DNA from: Octopus vulgaris
Lineage: Eukaryota
Reading direction: 5' to 3'
Assembly (NCBI GenBank): GCA_951406725.2
Contig: OX597822.1
Location: forward strand, 46,996,001-47,060,000
Length of the DNA stretch: 64,000 nt
The position numbers were made by a program, and so were the translations under genes. A model generated the notes under the pieces. The model did not search any database. It had not been told where the DNA came from and saw only the letters and a list, made by a program, of their open reading frames with translations. Below, piece by piece: positions 1 to 14,329 of this stretch (positions within the stretch are counted from its first letter, which is position 1; the number at the start of each line of letters is the position of its first letter).

Positions 1-2690
1 GCCTCGCAACACTGTCATGTGAACAGGAGCAATAGTCATTGCATTCTGGATAACTAATCAGTATCAAAGGTCCCTGGGGTACGTTTTTGTGGCCCGAGCA
101 GTATCTTTGATCGCCAACCCGTGCTATCACAGATCAATCCGTGATCAGCGTAACACGGTTCACAATTGAACGTACCAAGCTATCCTGGATCATTGTTGAA
201 TGAATCAGTGATAACTGAGGCTACTTGTATATGTTATTGTGTTTCTGTCTCTATTATTATGTTAGATATCAGCTGCTATCTCCCTTTTATTGTCTTCATT
301 ACTGACATAATTTCCATTTTTAATTTCAAGGACATCTTTTTACGGAACAAATTCCATAAGATTACCTATCGGTGTATATGCACGCAAGCAGGCATATATG
401 TATGTATCCGCATGCGTATGACAGGCTTTCGTACAGTTTCTATTTTACCAAATTTCAAGCAATATATTGAAAGAATCAGGTACTTACTAAAAGTCCTACA
501 TAATGGCATCGAATTACGTGGTTTCGAAACGAATTTGCTGACGACAATGCCATGCTTGCACCGTGCCATCTAATTGGTTTGAGTACGTTTGTGTGTGTGT
601 AGTTCCAGGTTCAGTTCCATTGCGTGGCACCTTGGGCAAGTCTCGGGCCGACCAAAAACCTTGTGAGTGGACTTGGTAGGCGGAAACTGAAAGAAGCCCG
701 TCGTATATATTACATGTATATATGTTTGTGTGTCTGTGTTTGTCTCCCCTCCACCATCGCTTGACAACCGATGCTGGTGTGCTTACGTCCCCGTAGCTTA
801 GCGGTTTCGCAAAAAACACCGATAGAGCAAGTACTAGGCTTACAAAGAATAAGTCCTGGGGTCGATTTATTTGACTAAAGGCGGTACTCCAACATGACCG
901 CAGTCAAATGACTGAAACCAATAAAAGAATATACACACACACACACACACAAATACACACATGCATATATGGGTACAGGACGTCACCAACGATGCAAATA
1001 ACATGAAATACGTAAGCAAACAACTGAAATATGTAAACAAGAAAAAAATGGAAAACAGGACAAGTACACACAGAGAAGGGACCTTGTCCTATTTTCCATT
1101 TTTTTTTTCTTATTTACGCATTTCACTCGTTTTTCCCTCGTTTGCTTACGCATTTCATATTATTTTGCACCGTTGGTGACGTACTGTACCAATATATGCG
1201 CGCGCGCGTGTGTATATATATATATATGCATGTATACATACACACATGTACATACCTACATATATATGTATATATACAGGCATATATGGGCACAGGACAT
1301 TAAAAAAAAACGTAGACGCAATAAGTAACGAAAACAAAAAACATATATATATATATATATATATATATGAAAGAGAGAGAGAGAGGTCGTTTGTCAACGA
1401 TATTAATAAGAATTCTTTTATGCACCACGAGTCTATGAGAGGTCCTCTCAATGTGAATAACTCAATATTCTGTGATCTAAAACAACCTCCACGTTAAGTT
1501 GGAGATAAATATTACTTTCTGGTATTCATACTGCTTCTGTCACATTAATTATGTGTGTGTATGTGTCCCCACTCCCCCAACCATCGCTTAACAGCCGGTG
1601 TTGGTGTGTTCACGTCCTCGGTTCGGCAAAAGCGACCCATAGAAGGCTTAAAAAGCATAAGTTCTGGGTCGATTTCTTCGACTGAAACATTTTTAGGCGG
1701 TGCCCCAGCATGACCGCAATCAAATGACTGTTACAAGTATAAGAATAAAAGAAAAGAATATAAACCGTCTCTCCTTTTTTTTTCTCTTTCCTTCCTCCTT
1801 TCCTTCATTGCAATTTTATTCTCTTTCACGATCTTAATTGTTCTTTCTCTCTTCTCTCCTCCCTCTTTTCGTTCCTCCCGCTTTTCTCTCCGCCCTCTTT
1901 TCTCTCCCCCTCTTTTCTCTCCTCCCTCTTTTCTCTCCTCCCACCTCTCTCAGACCCAATAGCTCTCCGCCGGGATCCGTATAAGATTTTGTTCAAGTTT
2001 ATCTCAATAAATTACTTTTACTTTTACAGTAAACAAAATACCTAAACAATTTTTTTAAAAATACGATTCCTAATAATATTCAATTATAAAAATATTATAG
2101 GCATTTTAAAATCCTGGAATGGTAATGAGGTTCCATTCGAGTAAAATAGGAACTAGAGAGGTCCATAGACATAAAATGGTTGAGAACCACAGCGCCAACC
2201 CATATCAGTAAGTTACCATGGTTACCTGCAAGCCAAGGTGCAATGTCCACAGTTTGAATCTTGCACCCGTCTGGTCTCTTAGGGATGTGTCTTGGCCTTG
2301 GCAGAAACGTTAGCACGCCGGGCAGTAATGCTTAGCAGTATTTCGTCTGTCTTTACCTTCTGAGTTCAAATTCCGCCGAGGTCGACTTTGCCTTTCATCC
2401 TTTCAGGGTCGATAAATTAAGTACCAGTTACGCACTGGGGTCGATGTAATCAACTTAATCCGTTTGTCTGTCCTTGTTTATCCTCTCTTTGTGAAGCCCC
2501 TTGTGGGTAGTAAAGAAATAGGTATTTCGTCTGTCTTTACGTTCTGAGTTCAAATTCCGCCGAGGTCGACAAGTTAAGTACCAGTTGCGTACTGGGTCGA
2601 TCTAATTGACTAGCCCCCTGCCCCAAAATTTCGAGCCTTGTGCCTAGAGGAGAAAAGATTATATCCATTGGGCAAATTCTGCATTTATGA

Positions 2691-3056
2691 TAGGGGTCGC
2701 CAAACTTTTTCGACCATCGACGCCTCCACCCCTACTTCAACCACTTTTCCTTCTGCATCGACCCCCCTTTAGCCACTTCTTCCGCATCGACTACCCTCCT
2801 CATTTCAAACTACGTGTACGAGTATTAAACTTTCAATTTTTATGAAACTGTTTTCCCGGTTGAAAGATGTGAAAAATGCCTCATGTTTTCCCATGTTTCA
2901 TGGCGCTAAGTATTTCAAGCAGTTCATCTGAGTGAGCTAGTCTTTCGCACGCCGACCCCCATTCGACTCCTGCGCTAGCATCGACCCCCTGTAATTCGCT
3001 AGCATCGATCCCCTGTAATTCGCTAGCATCGACCCCTTGTAATTTGGCGACTCCTG
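2691..3056. mobile_element. hAT-like MITE with subterminal gcatcgacccc repeats
   Basis: TIR taggggtcgccaaa / tttggcgactcctg; imperfect 8-bp TSD atttatga/atttaaaa; three tandem ~24-nt units at about 2973-3044. Confidence 0.7.
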
Positions 3057-4276
3057 ATTTAAAACAATAGGTGTAACTTTTTTTTTTCTACTAATGGGAC
3101 ATGAAACATTTGGCTGTTATTTCAGCAGGTCAGGCGACTACATAGAGGCTTTCTCGTTGGCTCGAGCTGAAATTGTCCCAATCGATGATACAGTCCACAT
3201 AGCTGTACGACCCCTTTGTGACGCAGTTCGCCTAGCTGTCAGTAGATACCACTCAACAGCACAGTCTGTCTAGCTGTAATTAGGAACCACATGGTACAAC
3301 CGCTGCAATAAGCGGTGACAATATCGTAAAATCACGTGGTTTGTTCCTATGGTAGTATACACCAGTTTGCTCTCCCCCACCCGAGGGCCGCATCCACATA
3401 AGCATCGCAGAGAGCTGACAGCCTCCTCGCCCCTCTCACAAGCAAAGCTACCGAAACTTATCCATTTAACGCTTTCCTCTCAAAATGAAGCTCCACCCCC
3501 AAATCATGTGTTCCCCCTCTTACCGTTTCTTCTCCCACCACTACTTCTTTTGCTCCTCCCCCTACCTACATTTCTACTTTTATCGCTTTAGCTTACTTTT
3601 TTTACATGTCTCTCTCTCTTCTTCCTCAGCTTTTTCTTTGTTTTCTGTAATCTTTTTCTTTCTCATTCTTCTTCTGATCATCTCGTCACTCACTGTTTAT
3701 CTTGATTTTCTCTTTTTATAGTACTACACTCTTTCTTTCTTTCTCTATCTATTCCCTCGCCATACGTAACTTTTCGTTGTATTGCATTTTACTCACTTTT
3801 TTGTTTTCGGGCGTCTACTCATTACTCCGTCTCTCTTTCTTTCTATTCTGTCTGCCACGCCCCTTTCTCTGTATTCGCTCCACCCCTTTTCTCTTTATTT
3901 GCATTTACATTTAGTTTTCTCTTTTCATGAAGCACTGAGTTATCTCCCTTCTCTGCACATTTACTCCCCCTCGTCTCCACTTGGTGCATCGACTCATACC
4001 TTGCATTCCACACAACCTACCTTCCTGTCTTTGTATCCAACCTGTTGTTCCATTTAAATTTCGTATTATGCTATTGTCTGCTCTGCTCTCCTTTCTTTGC
4101 TATTCTGTTGCCCTAACTTTTTTGTCTTCACGACCTAATTACAATTTATACTGAGCAATTTTCTTAAATCTCATTTTTTCTTCACTTGTCTGTTTCCCGT
4201 CCGATAATTTCTGTACAAGTGACACTCGTATCTTTTTGTGCAAAGTTATCTAACTTCTTTTCTCTGTCTCTCTTTA

Positions 4277-4364
<88 letters not shown>

Positions 4365-4764
4365 GAAATTCTTGTGGCCAGCATACTGAACCAACTACTG
4401 AACACTCGTTTTTGTTTTATTTTTTGCTTTCTTTAATACATACATACGGATATATATATATGTGTGTGTGTATACACACACCCATACATAAAATAAACTT
4501 TAATTGAAATACAGTTTCCCCAAATTTAAACATATCTAATATAATAAATGCAAATGTCAGTGTACCACACTCCTTCAACTTTACTGAGGCCTTAGCCCAA
4601 CATATACCATTTTGGAATCGGGTTAACTCCGTGAGTAAATTAAAAACATTTCGCGCCGAATCCGAACCTGCAATCCTGAAATTTTGGATTCCTGTGTTTT
4701 CATTACTGCGATTGTTTTCGGCGATGTTTTTTTCTTTTTTTTTTTTTTTTACATGATTTTTAGC

Positions 4765-4850
4765 GACGAATGTGATCATTGGGATATGACCCTGGAGGAA
4801 GCAATTGCAATAAATTCTCCAAAACAAGTCAGAGATCTGTTTGCAGATCT
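4765..4850 (+). mobile_element. Helitron Rep/helicase fragment
   Basis: DHWDMTLEEAIAINSPKQVRDLFA resembles the conserved Helitron motif D.HW..TL.EA....SP.Q.R.LFA. Confidence 0.55.
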
Positions 4851-6884
4851 TCCCAATCGGGGTTAGTTGCTTAAAAGCTACATACCAAAAGCTAGTATAA
4901 ATAATACATATATATATCTTGTACATTAAAACACATCAGAGGCTTCCAAATAGGAAAACCTTGTGCTAGAAAGAGCAGTAGAAAACTCAAACCACTAATT
5001 AGAGATAAATTCTCGAAAGGAATGAAAATTAAAAACGTTTACCATCTCATTTAGTTCCTAGACCATGGTTTCTAACTAATTCCAGTAAAAAAATATTTAC
5101 TGAGGCTATTTTTCGTCATATATATATATATTTACATTGTGTGTGTGTGTGTGTGTGTGTGTGTGATATAATCTGGATAATAACCTCATAACATGCATTT
5201 CAAAGCCTCTCTACTGTATTCGGCTACCATATGCTATCATACAGCAGGAATGCACCATTTAAAATTTGAAATAGATAATTGAATAAACAGGCTTTAATCC
5301 AAGTCATTGTTTATGTATGTATGTATATCTTTTATCTTGTTCCAGTCATTGGACTGCGGCCATGCTGGAGTACACCCTTGAGGATTTTTTTGTCGCCCTT
5401 TTCAAGCCTAGCCAGGCTCATGGGCCCTTTTCCCGGTTTCTGTGGCATATGTGTTCCCCCTAGCTGGACGGGACGCCAGTCCATCGAAGCGTTACTCAAG
5501 AAACAGGAAGAGACAGTGAGAAATTTGTGGCGAAAGAATACAACAGGGGTCGCCACCACCCCCTGCCGGAGACTCGTGGACCTTTTAGGTGTTTTCGCTC
5601 AATAAACTAACACAACGCCCGGTCTAGGAATCGAAACCGCGAGTCCGCTGCCCTAACCACTGGGCCATTGCGTTGAGGAATTTTAGTCGAAGTAATCGAC
5701 CCCAGTACTTATTTTCTTTTAAAGCCTGGTATTTATTATATCGTTCCCTTTTACTAAACCGCTAAGTTATGAGTATAGAAATATGCTAACATGTTTTCAT
5801 ACAAACCAGATTTCTATAACCGTGTCACGCCATAAGAATGTAAAATTTTAAACGTTGCCTTTATTTACATTTACCTCGTTTACAAGCATAGCAGTATGGT
5901 TAAGAAACTCACTTTGCAACCACGTAGGTTCAGGTTCAGTCCCACTGAACGGGACTTTGGGCAAGTTTCTTCTGCTGTAGCCACGGGGCGACCAAAATGC
6001 CTTATGAGCAAATTTGGTAGTCAGAGACTTGACAGAAGCCCTTTGTGTGTGTGTGTGTGTGTGTGTGTCTCCTCTGCTTCACAGTCGATATTACTTTACG
6101 TTCCCTCAACTTAGCGGTTCGGCAAAAGACGCCGCTAGAATAAGTGTCAGACTTGTTTTAAAACATGTACTGAGGTCGATTTGTTCGCCTTAAAGCCCTT
6201 CATGTCGTTGCTCCAGCATGACCGCAGTGCAATCACTGAAACGAATAAATATTCATACATAATCCGATTGACTTCATTTTCTTCTGCTTTCTCACTCACA
6301 GCCCGGGTTGGAGTTCGAAACTAGAATATTCACATCACACGGCAAATCAGCTTAAATTCTTCCTTGTTTTCTTAGAACGTGTGTGTGTGTGTGCGTGTGC
6401 GTGTGTGTGTGTGTGCGTGTGTGTGTGCGCGCGCGCGCGTTCGATAAGGAAATACAATGAGACAAAAAAACATTGAAGCTCCTGTCTGAAATGAATTATA
6501 TTAACACACGAGTTTTTCTTTTCCACTTCTACCTCTTTCTCTCTCTACCCCCTCTTTCTCTACCCCCCTCTCTCTCTGAGATATTTGTAAGCTATCAAAT
6601 TATTTTCGTTGATTCCCCTTTAGTGCAGTTATCGTTTGTTCTTTGTCTCCTTGACAAGATCTTTTCTCTCTCCACACACCCGTGTGTATCCGTGTCTCTC
6701 TCTCCTTTCTCTTTTTGGTCTCTTTTCTTCCTTCAACTGCAGTTGAGGGACTCGTAGCTGTCCGGTAGCCTTGACAAAGAGACATAGAAAGTGAGAGCTG
6801 TCAACAAACGTGTGTGTAATGAAAAGGGGCGATCTACTGAATGCTCTGCACAAAAATGATGATACTATTAACTCTCTTATATGC

Positions 6885-7525
6885 ACAAACCCTGAAATTT
6901 TGGGGGCTGGGCCTGTCGATCACATCGACCCCAATGCTCAACTGGTACTTATTTTATTGACATCGAAAAGATGAAAGGCAAAGCCGACCTCGACAGAATA
7001 TGAACTTAGAACGTAGCGACGGACGAAATGCCGCTAAACATTTTGTCCGGCGTGCTAACAATACTGCCAACTCAACGCCTTATGATGATACTAATAATTC
7101 TACTACAGGCACAAGGGCTGAAATTTTGGTGGAGGGGACCAGTCAATTACATCGACCCCAGTGCGTAACTGGTACTTAATTTATCGACCTCGGAAAGGTT
7201 GAAAAGCAAAGTAGACCTCGGTGGAATATGAACTTAGAACGTAGCGACGGACGAAATGTCGCTGAACATTTCGCCCGACGTGCAAACGTTTCTTATTTGT
7301 TTACTGCCCACAAGGGGCTAAACATAGAGGAGACAAACAAGGACAGACAAAAGGATTAAGTCAATTAGATCGACTCCAGTGCGTAACTGGTACTTTATTT
7401 ATCGGCCCCGAAAGGATGAAGGGCAAAGTCGACCTCGGCGGAATTTGAACTCAGAACGTAGCGGCAGACGAAATGCCGCTAAGCATTTCGCCCGACGTGC
7501 TAACGTTTCTGCCAGCTCGCCGCCT
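6885..7525 (-). mobile_element. Head-to-tail cluster of SINE family B (3 copies)
   Basis: Repeated ggcggcgagctggcagaaacgttagc...gagttcaaattccgccgaggtcgactttgcctttcatcctttcggggtcgataaattaagtaccag. Dispersed copies at approximately 2300-2660, 11900-12082, 19407-19620, 22000-22205, 24197-24410, 24680-24890, 34775-34980, 42718-42900, 44731-44960, 56432-56645. Confidence 0.85.
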
Positions 7526-8017
7526 TTGTAGGAAAATTAATTAGCTGAATGAAAGCAGTTATTTAGCTTGTGATAATTATAGTTAATATTATTATCAGTA
7601 TCTACGGAAAAAATGATGAGAATAGCTGAATAAATCAAATTTAATGAGAACCAGATTAATGAATAGACGGTTTAAATTATTCAAAAATTGATGTCAAGTA
7701 ATTACGGCACAGAAAAGAGAACGGATAAGTGAAAGTAAATGCTTTAATAAATGAGTGAATGAACAAATCTAAGTTTAATTAAGTATTTTCATTATCTTTA
7801 TATATACTTCATAATCATGAAGTGAAAATTATTGAACCGTTAGGTCAGAAAACAACTGTCGGTTTTAATTTAAATGAAACATAGGTTAATGAATTGATAA
7901 TTAACGGGTAAAGCGTAATTACACACACCGTCAACATACAGTAGATAATTGTCGGTTCATTAGATCGGAAAGAATCGAGATAGAATGTAGGGTTAAAAAT
8001 TGTGATGTACGATAGTG

Positions 8018-8181
8018 TATTGTATTAACTCGTGTATACGTCGCAGTATTTTGTACTTAATTTTTCACTGGAAAATACTGGGATGGCTATTTATATATGG
8101 GGCAAAGATAAAACAACGAAGGGAAAACAGTTTGTACCAAGGTGGAGTACGGGTGCGTCTTATACACGAGTAAATACGGTA
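8018..8181. mobile_element. pogo/Tc1-mariner-type MITE
   Basis: TIR tgtattaactcgtgtatacgtcgca / tgcgtcttatacacgagtaaatacgg, flanked by TA. Confidence 0.6.
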
Positions 8182-8589
8182 AAATCAGGATTTTCGCCAG
8201 CTAATAATATTTCAAGCAATTAGATCGCGGAAGATCATGTATCTGTGCGCGCGCGTGCAGAAATGTACGTACACATACCGATAAAATTAGAGAGAGACGA
8301 GAGAAGCATTAAAACGTCTGATGTCAAATAAGTCAGCGACGCCAAAACGGCTGTGCCAAAACGTCTCATATCCAGAACACTCTCCCTATCCAAACCACAT
8401 CTTATACATATATCCAAGACTTACCATTGATCTAATGCATTCAAGCGACTTCTAAAGCTAAGAAAACATAACTACATACATACAGTGCAGAAGTACCCTG
8501 TTGATGTTATTGAAATTTCAATGAAGCTTTGGATTTAGGTTAGAAACCGGCTCTTTCTCCATTGGCAAGAAATCTAGACATAAACTTGA

Positions 8590-9396
8590 ATAATCTTTTC
8601 TACTAAAGGCACAAGGCCTGAAATTTTGGGTGAGGGGACTAGTCAATTACATCGGCCCCAGTGCGTAACTGGTACTTGTTTCATTCAAAAGGAAATAGCT
8701 TCGTCGACCTATTTCATCGATGAAAGGCAAAGTCGACTTCGGTAGAATTTGAACTCAAAACGTGAGGACGGACGAAATGCCGCGAAGCATTTTGCCCGGC
8801 GTGCTCACAAATCTGCCAGCTTGCTGCCTTAGAAATGAACCTAAATAATCCTTCCTGCTAAAGGCATAAAGTCTGAAATTTGGGGGAGGGGTGTAGTCGA
8901 TTACATCGACCCCCAGTACGCAACTGGTACTTGATTTATCGATCTCGAAAGGATGAGAAGCAAAGTCGACCTCGGCGGAATTTGAACTCAGAACGTAAAG
9001 ACCGATGAAATACCGCTAAACATTTCGCCTGGCGTGCTAACGTTTTCTGCCAGCTCGCTGCTTTAATGAACCTAAATAATGTTTTCTACTCTAGGCACAA
9101 GGCCTAAAATTTGGGGGAAAGCGGCCAGTCGATTAGATCGATCCCAGTACGCAACTGGTACTTAATTTATCGACCCCCAAAGGATGAAAGAAAGGCAAAG
9201 TCGACCTTGGCGGAATTTGAACTCAGAACCTATTTCTTTACTACCCACAAGGGGTTAAACAAACGGATTAAGTCGATTACATCGACCCCAGTGCGTAACT
9301 GGTACTTATTTAATCTACCCCGAAAGGATGAAAAGCAAAATCGACCTCGGCGGAATTTGAACTCAGAACGCTAACGGTTCTGCCAGCTCGCCGCCG
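8590..9396 (-). mobile_element. Head-to-tail cluster of SINE family B (about 4 copies)
   Basis: The same consensus is repeated in tandem, with a duplicated flank aatgaacctaaataat. Confidence 0.85.
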
Positions 9397-9489
9397 TAAT
9401 GAATCTAAATAATGACAACTTGAAGGTACCATATATCTAAGGATTATAGGAAATTTCACCCTAAACAATTTTGCCATTATTATTATTAT

Positions 9490-9760
9490 TCATCGTTTAA
9501 CGTCCGCTCTCCATGCTAGCATGGGTTGGACGATTTGACTGAGTCCTGGCGAACCAGATGGTTTCACCAGGCTCCAATCCGATCTGGCAGAACTTCTACA
9601 GCTGGATGCCCTTCTTAACGCTAACCACTCCGAGAGTGTAGTGGGTGCTTTTACATGCGACCAGCACGGAAGCCAGTTAGCTGCTCTGGCAACGATCACG
9701 CTCGGATGGTGCTCTTAGCGCTCCACTAGCACGGATGCCAGTCATCGAATTTGATTTCGA
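9490..9760 (-). mobile_element. SINE family D with RTE-like (TGA)n tail
   Basis: Tail ccaacccatgctagcatggagagcggacgttaaacgatga. Copies at approximately 30330-30500, 32915-33160, 39960-40165, 40455-40700. Confidence 0.7.
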
Positions 9761-10329
9761 TTATTATTATTAATGCTGGAATAATACGCTTTATCATTGT
9801 CCATACAATGAATTTTCTTATACGGCGAAATTTCTTACCTCAAAATTTTCGGACATAAAATCTAAGGATGTTGAGCGCGTTCTGCGTCTAAGAAACCTTA
9901 AGTTATATGTCGCCGAGTCAACCTGTTATTGAATACTTTCAACTCCAACTAAATGTGCTAATTCCCTTCACCTTCCCGTGTATATATGTGTGTATGTGTG
10001 TGTATAAAAATGTTTTTGCTTTTTTTTTTTTTTCTAGTTTTCTTGCAAGATCCTTGATGTGAAATCGTGTGTTGAAACAGATGTACCCTGAGAGGACCGT
10101 TTTGCCAATAAAAACAAATGCACTAATTGTATTTCATTTTTGTTCCTATCATTATTACACTCGGTTAACTAATTAATTATCTAATCAATTGTTTTTATTC
10201 AATTGTTTAATCGTCTGATTCATCAGACCCTTCGTCGCTGTTCACTACCTTATCGATTGCACGGCCCTCATCTGCTCTTGATGTCACAAATTGATTTCCT
10301 AGTATTTTTCTTCGATATTTATAGTTTAT

Positions 10330-10362
<33 letters not shown>

Positions 10363-12577
10363 GCTCGCGAGTGGCCGATCTTGTATGTTTGTTTCTCTGT
10401 GTCAGTGACTGATGGTTAGTTTTTAAGTCATTTTGAACTTTAGACTTTGCATGTGCAATTATAGATAGATCGTTTGAAGTGGTGTACAGAATTTATATAC
10501 CAAGAGGAGTTAGTCAGGATTTGGTACGAAAATTATTTATTTTGCTCTCTCATCATATATTTCTTTGATTTTTTTACTTGTCCCAATCATTAGGCTGCGG
10601 CCACGCTGGAGCATCACCTTGAAGAATTTTTAGTCGAATGTATCGACCCTAGTATTTATTTTTTTAAAGCCTTTTATTTATTTCTATCGGTCTTTTTTGC
10701 CGAACCGCTAAGTTACGGGAACGTAAACACACTAGCACTGGTTGTCAAACGGTGGCAGGGGGGGGGGGGCAAACACATACAGAAACGCACATGCACACAC
10801 ATATATATATATATGACGGGCTTCTTTCAGTTTCCGTCTATCAAATCCGCTCACAAGGCCTTGGGCGCGTCTCTTCTACTATAGCATCGGGCCGACCAAA
10901 GCTTTGTGAGTGGATTTGGTAGATGGATACTGAAAGAAAAAAAGTATTCCAGCCAACGACAGATAAGAATCATTTAATAAATACAGCGACCACTCAGAAT
11001 GCACTGTCTATTGCTTGTGTTTACATAACCACACTACAAGGCTGCGTGTTTTTTATACGAATTTGCGTACTTGTACCCATCAACATGGGACCAGTGAAAA
11101 GTCCGAAGGTGGTTAATCCTAACAGCACACACGGAATAGGTAAGAATAATCCAGAAAATACATGGTGGTGGAAGCTTTGCTGTTGTGGGCCACGAGTTTA
11201 GTGTTAATCAATTTACTATTCGTTCCATTTACAAAGTGCGTGGAAATGATTTATTTATCACTGTTGTTTTTTTTTGTTTTGTTTTTTCAAAACCCGCGAT
11301 AAACGAGGATATGTTTCACCTTGCCGCAAGTATCTTCGTTTTTCTCATCTGATATTCTAATGATTTATTTCTTTATTGCCCACAAGAGGCTAAACATAGA
11401 GGGGACAAACAAGGACAAATGGATTAAGTCGATTACATCAACCCAGTGCGTAACTGGTACTTATTTAATCGACCCCGAAAGGATGAAAGGCAAAGTCGAC
11501 CTCGACGGAATTTGAACTCAGAACGTAACGACAGACGAAATATTGTCTCTGGGGCGTTTTGTTTGTCCTGGGAGAGACTAGTTAAGAACCAGTATTGTGT
11601 CGTCTGCACAATGGATATCGTTGATGCTTTGTCCTCGTATCTGTAGACTCGATAAATTTTCAATAGATCGCATAATTGTATCTTTACATAATGAAAACAG
11701 GTCCGATACCTCATGTTCTCATATTTTCCTTTCACTTCTAATTCTGATTGCTACTATTTGTTGCCATTACAACCATACCTCAACTTACGACAGTAATTGG
11801 TTCCAAGACCTGTGCGACTTTACTCGAAAAGCAACGTAACACGAAAAACATTTTAAAAACTTTATCAGCTCGTATCTGCTTTAATAAATGATTTGTGTAA
11901 GGCGACGCGCTGGCAGAAACGTTAGCATGCCGGGCGAAATGCTTAGCGGTAGTTCGTCTGTCTTTATGTTCTGAGTTCAAATTCCGCCGAGGTCGATTTT
12001 GCCTTTCATTCCTTTCGGGGTCGATCTAATCGACTGGTCCCCTCTCCAAAACATTTCGGGCCTTTTACCTAGAGTAGAAAATTTAATAAATGATTTGTGC
12101 ATATTTCCACGTGTATTTTAATTTTCCACTTCAGTTTTTAGGTTTTGGTTTTTAATTTTTATGCTTTTAACTTTGTTCGCTGAGACCGACGTAAAGTCAG
12201 ATAAACCGACTGAAGTTGAGTTTAATTTTACCATTAATTTTTTTAAAAAAACACGTAAAGTTGAAAAGGACATATGTTGAGGTATGCGTGTAAATGTTTA
12301 TGATTATTCGTAAATATTTTCCATCTAGATTATTATCATTTAACATTTTAATTTCTTCTTGGTTTACCTCATCAATGCTTTTGGTGTAATCAACGAGACG
12401 TAGATTGGGGTTTCATAGCTTCATTGTTCTTCCAATTTTCTCAAGATGTACACAACACAAGGCGTTCCTTTACCCTCAACATTGTACTTCAGTCGCTGTC
12501 TTTGATTTGATCTTGTTCCTGGATCTGCGCATTAAAGACTCGCAAGATTTTTATAATGTAGATCACAAGGCTGGCTG

Positions 12578-12608
<31 letters not shown>

Positions 12609-13228
12609 CACACGCGCGCGCATGTGACTAAATGATAGAGCTAAATCAACACTGCAATAGCTCGAAACTGATTTCTTTATTTATCCAAGCATTGTTCGAC
12701 AATTCTTTTGTTCTTTAATACCCATTAATGCCCTGTAGAGCTGACTCATCTTTTGTGTGAAGATATCCAGGTACGTTTTGATTGTGTGGTAGTACTGGCG
12801 GTCGGCGTTCCAGAAAAAATAAATAGTACTTAAATAGGCATATACAAATGAGATTCCTGATAGAGAAAACAATGGAAGGTAGGTGTAAGAGCAACGTCCA
12901 TGAGATTTTGGAGGTCCCTCTCCTACAAGCCTGAGATTTACACGCGCAATTGCCCAGCTTATCTACGGGGAACATAGCGATTGAATAGAGGATGTAGGGA
13001 TGTTTGCTCCAAAAGCTTACAACAGATTGAATTATAATTAACACACCTAAGGGTCAAATTGAAGTCGGTTGGTATTGTTGACTCCAGATGACTTGATTGA
13101 GCAATCAATGGATTTGCTCAAAATGATTTGGTTGAGCAGCAAAGATGTTTAAACCGTGATCATCCCATTTTGTTTCTCTTTTATATTTTCTTCATATACT
13201 GTTTGACCAGAGGCTTCACCATCTAACG

Positions 13229-13444
13229 CAGTTGTTCTCAACCTGGGTTCATATAAGATTTTGTTAAAATTTATCTGCAATAAATTGGTTATATTTCAGC
13301 AATGTTCAAAATATTTTGATTTTTTTTTTTACGCGCTTAATTATAAAAATAGTTTGTTTTTTTGGAGGTTTTTTTAGCATGGGGTCCAATAAGGTTAAAT
13401 AGGAATCAAAAAGATCCATAGGCAAAAATGGTTGAGAACCACTG
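13229..13444. mobile_element. hAT (Charlie-like) MITE with perfect 8-bp TSD
   Basis: TIR cagttgttctcaacc / ggttgagaaccactg; TSD ATCTAACG at 13221-13228 and 13445-13452. A second, partial copy lies at about 1970-2192. Confidence 0.85.
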
Positions 13445-13642
13445 ATCTAACGCACTCCTCCTTCCTTTCAAGACACAGCGAGCTAACTGCTACCTCTTTA
13501 TAGGTCCAGCGATCTCGTAGTGACAACTGCGTCGGCTAACAGGTTTTGTCGTAAAACAGTTTGGTGTGTAAGACCTACCTACTCAGGTAGACGGACCAAC
13601 GGATTGATGGGCAGATAGAGAAAAAGAAAAATGAACAGAAAC

Positions 13643-13684
<42 letters not shown>

Positions 13685-13819
13685 TGCTACAATGACCGTC
13701 AGTCGGAAACTAGGCTAACTTGGTGTTCTGCGCTGCGAAGTGATTAAATTTATTTAGTTAGTTTAGTTATAAAACGTGCCAGTAACTTGGAAATCTAAAT
13801 AAGGTGAAACTTTGAAGTT

Positions 13820-13852
<33 letters not shown>

Positions 13853-13875
13853 CTCTCTCTCTCTCTCTCTCTATC

Positions 13876-13906
<31 letters not shown>

Positions 13907-14329
13907 GAAATAGGTTTCAAACAGAAAAGTAGCTACACCTGGTATTGAATAGGAAAGAAAATGCACATTGGATATAAAGAATAAAGCCTTTCTTCTTTAT
14001 ATCCAATGTGCATTTTACCTTCCTCTCTCTCTCTATATATATATATATATAATATATATATATATATTATATATAAAGACAGCGATGCCCCAGCGTAACC
14101 GCAGTTTAAAAGGTATATACCTTACTTGTTTCAGTCATTGGAATACGGCCATGCTGGGGCACTGCCTTGGAGTATTCAGTCGAGCAAATCGAGCCCAGTA
14201 CTTACTTTTAAGTCCAGTACTTTATTGATCGAGTTACGGGGACGTAAACTAACCCTGGTTGGGAAGTGGTGGTGGGGACCAAACACAGACATATACATAC
14301 AATGGGCTTCCACACACACATAACGGGCT

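Noticed and set aside
514-819. Recurrent small ORFs such as FAEPLSYGDV and CPRCHAVGLNPEP
   Set aside because: Translations of SINE family A, repeated throughout the window; not a gene family.
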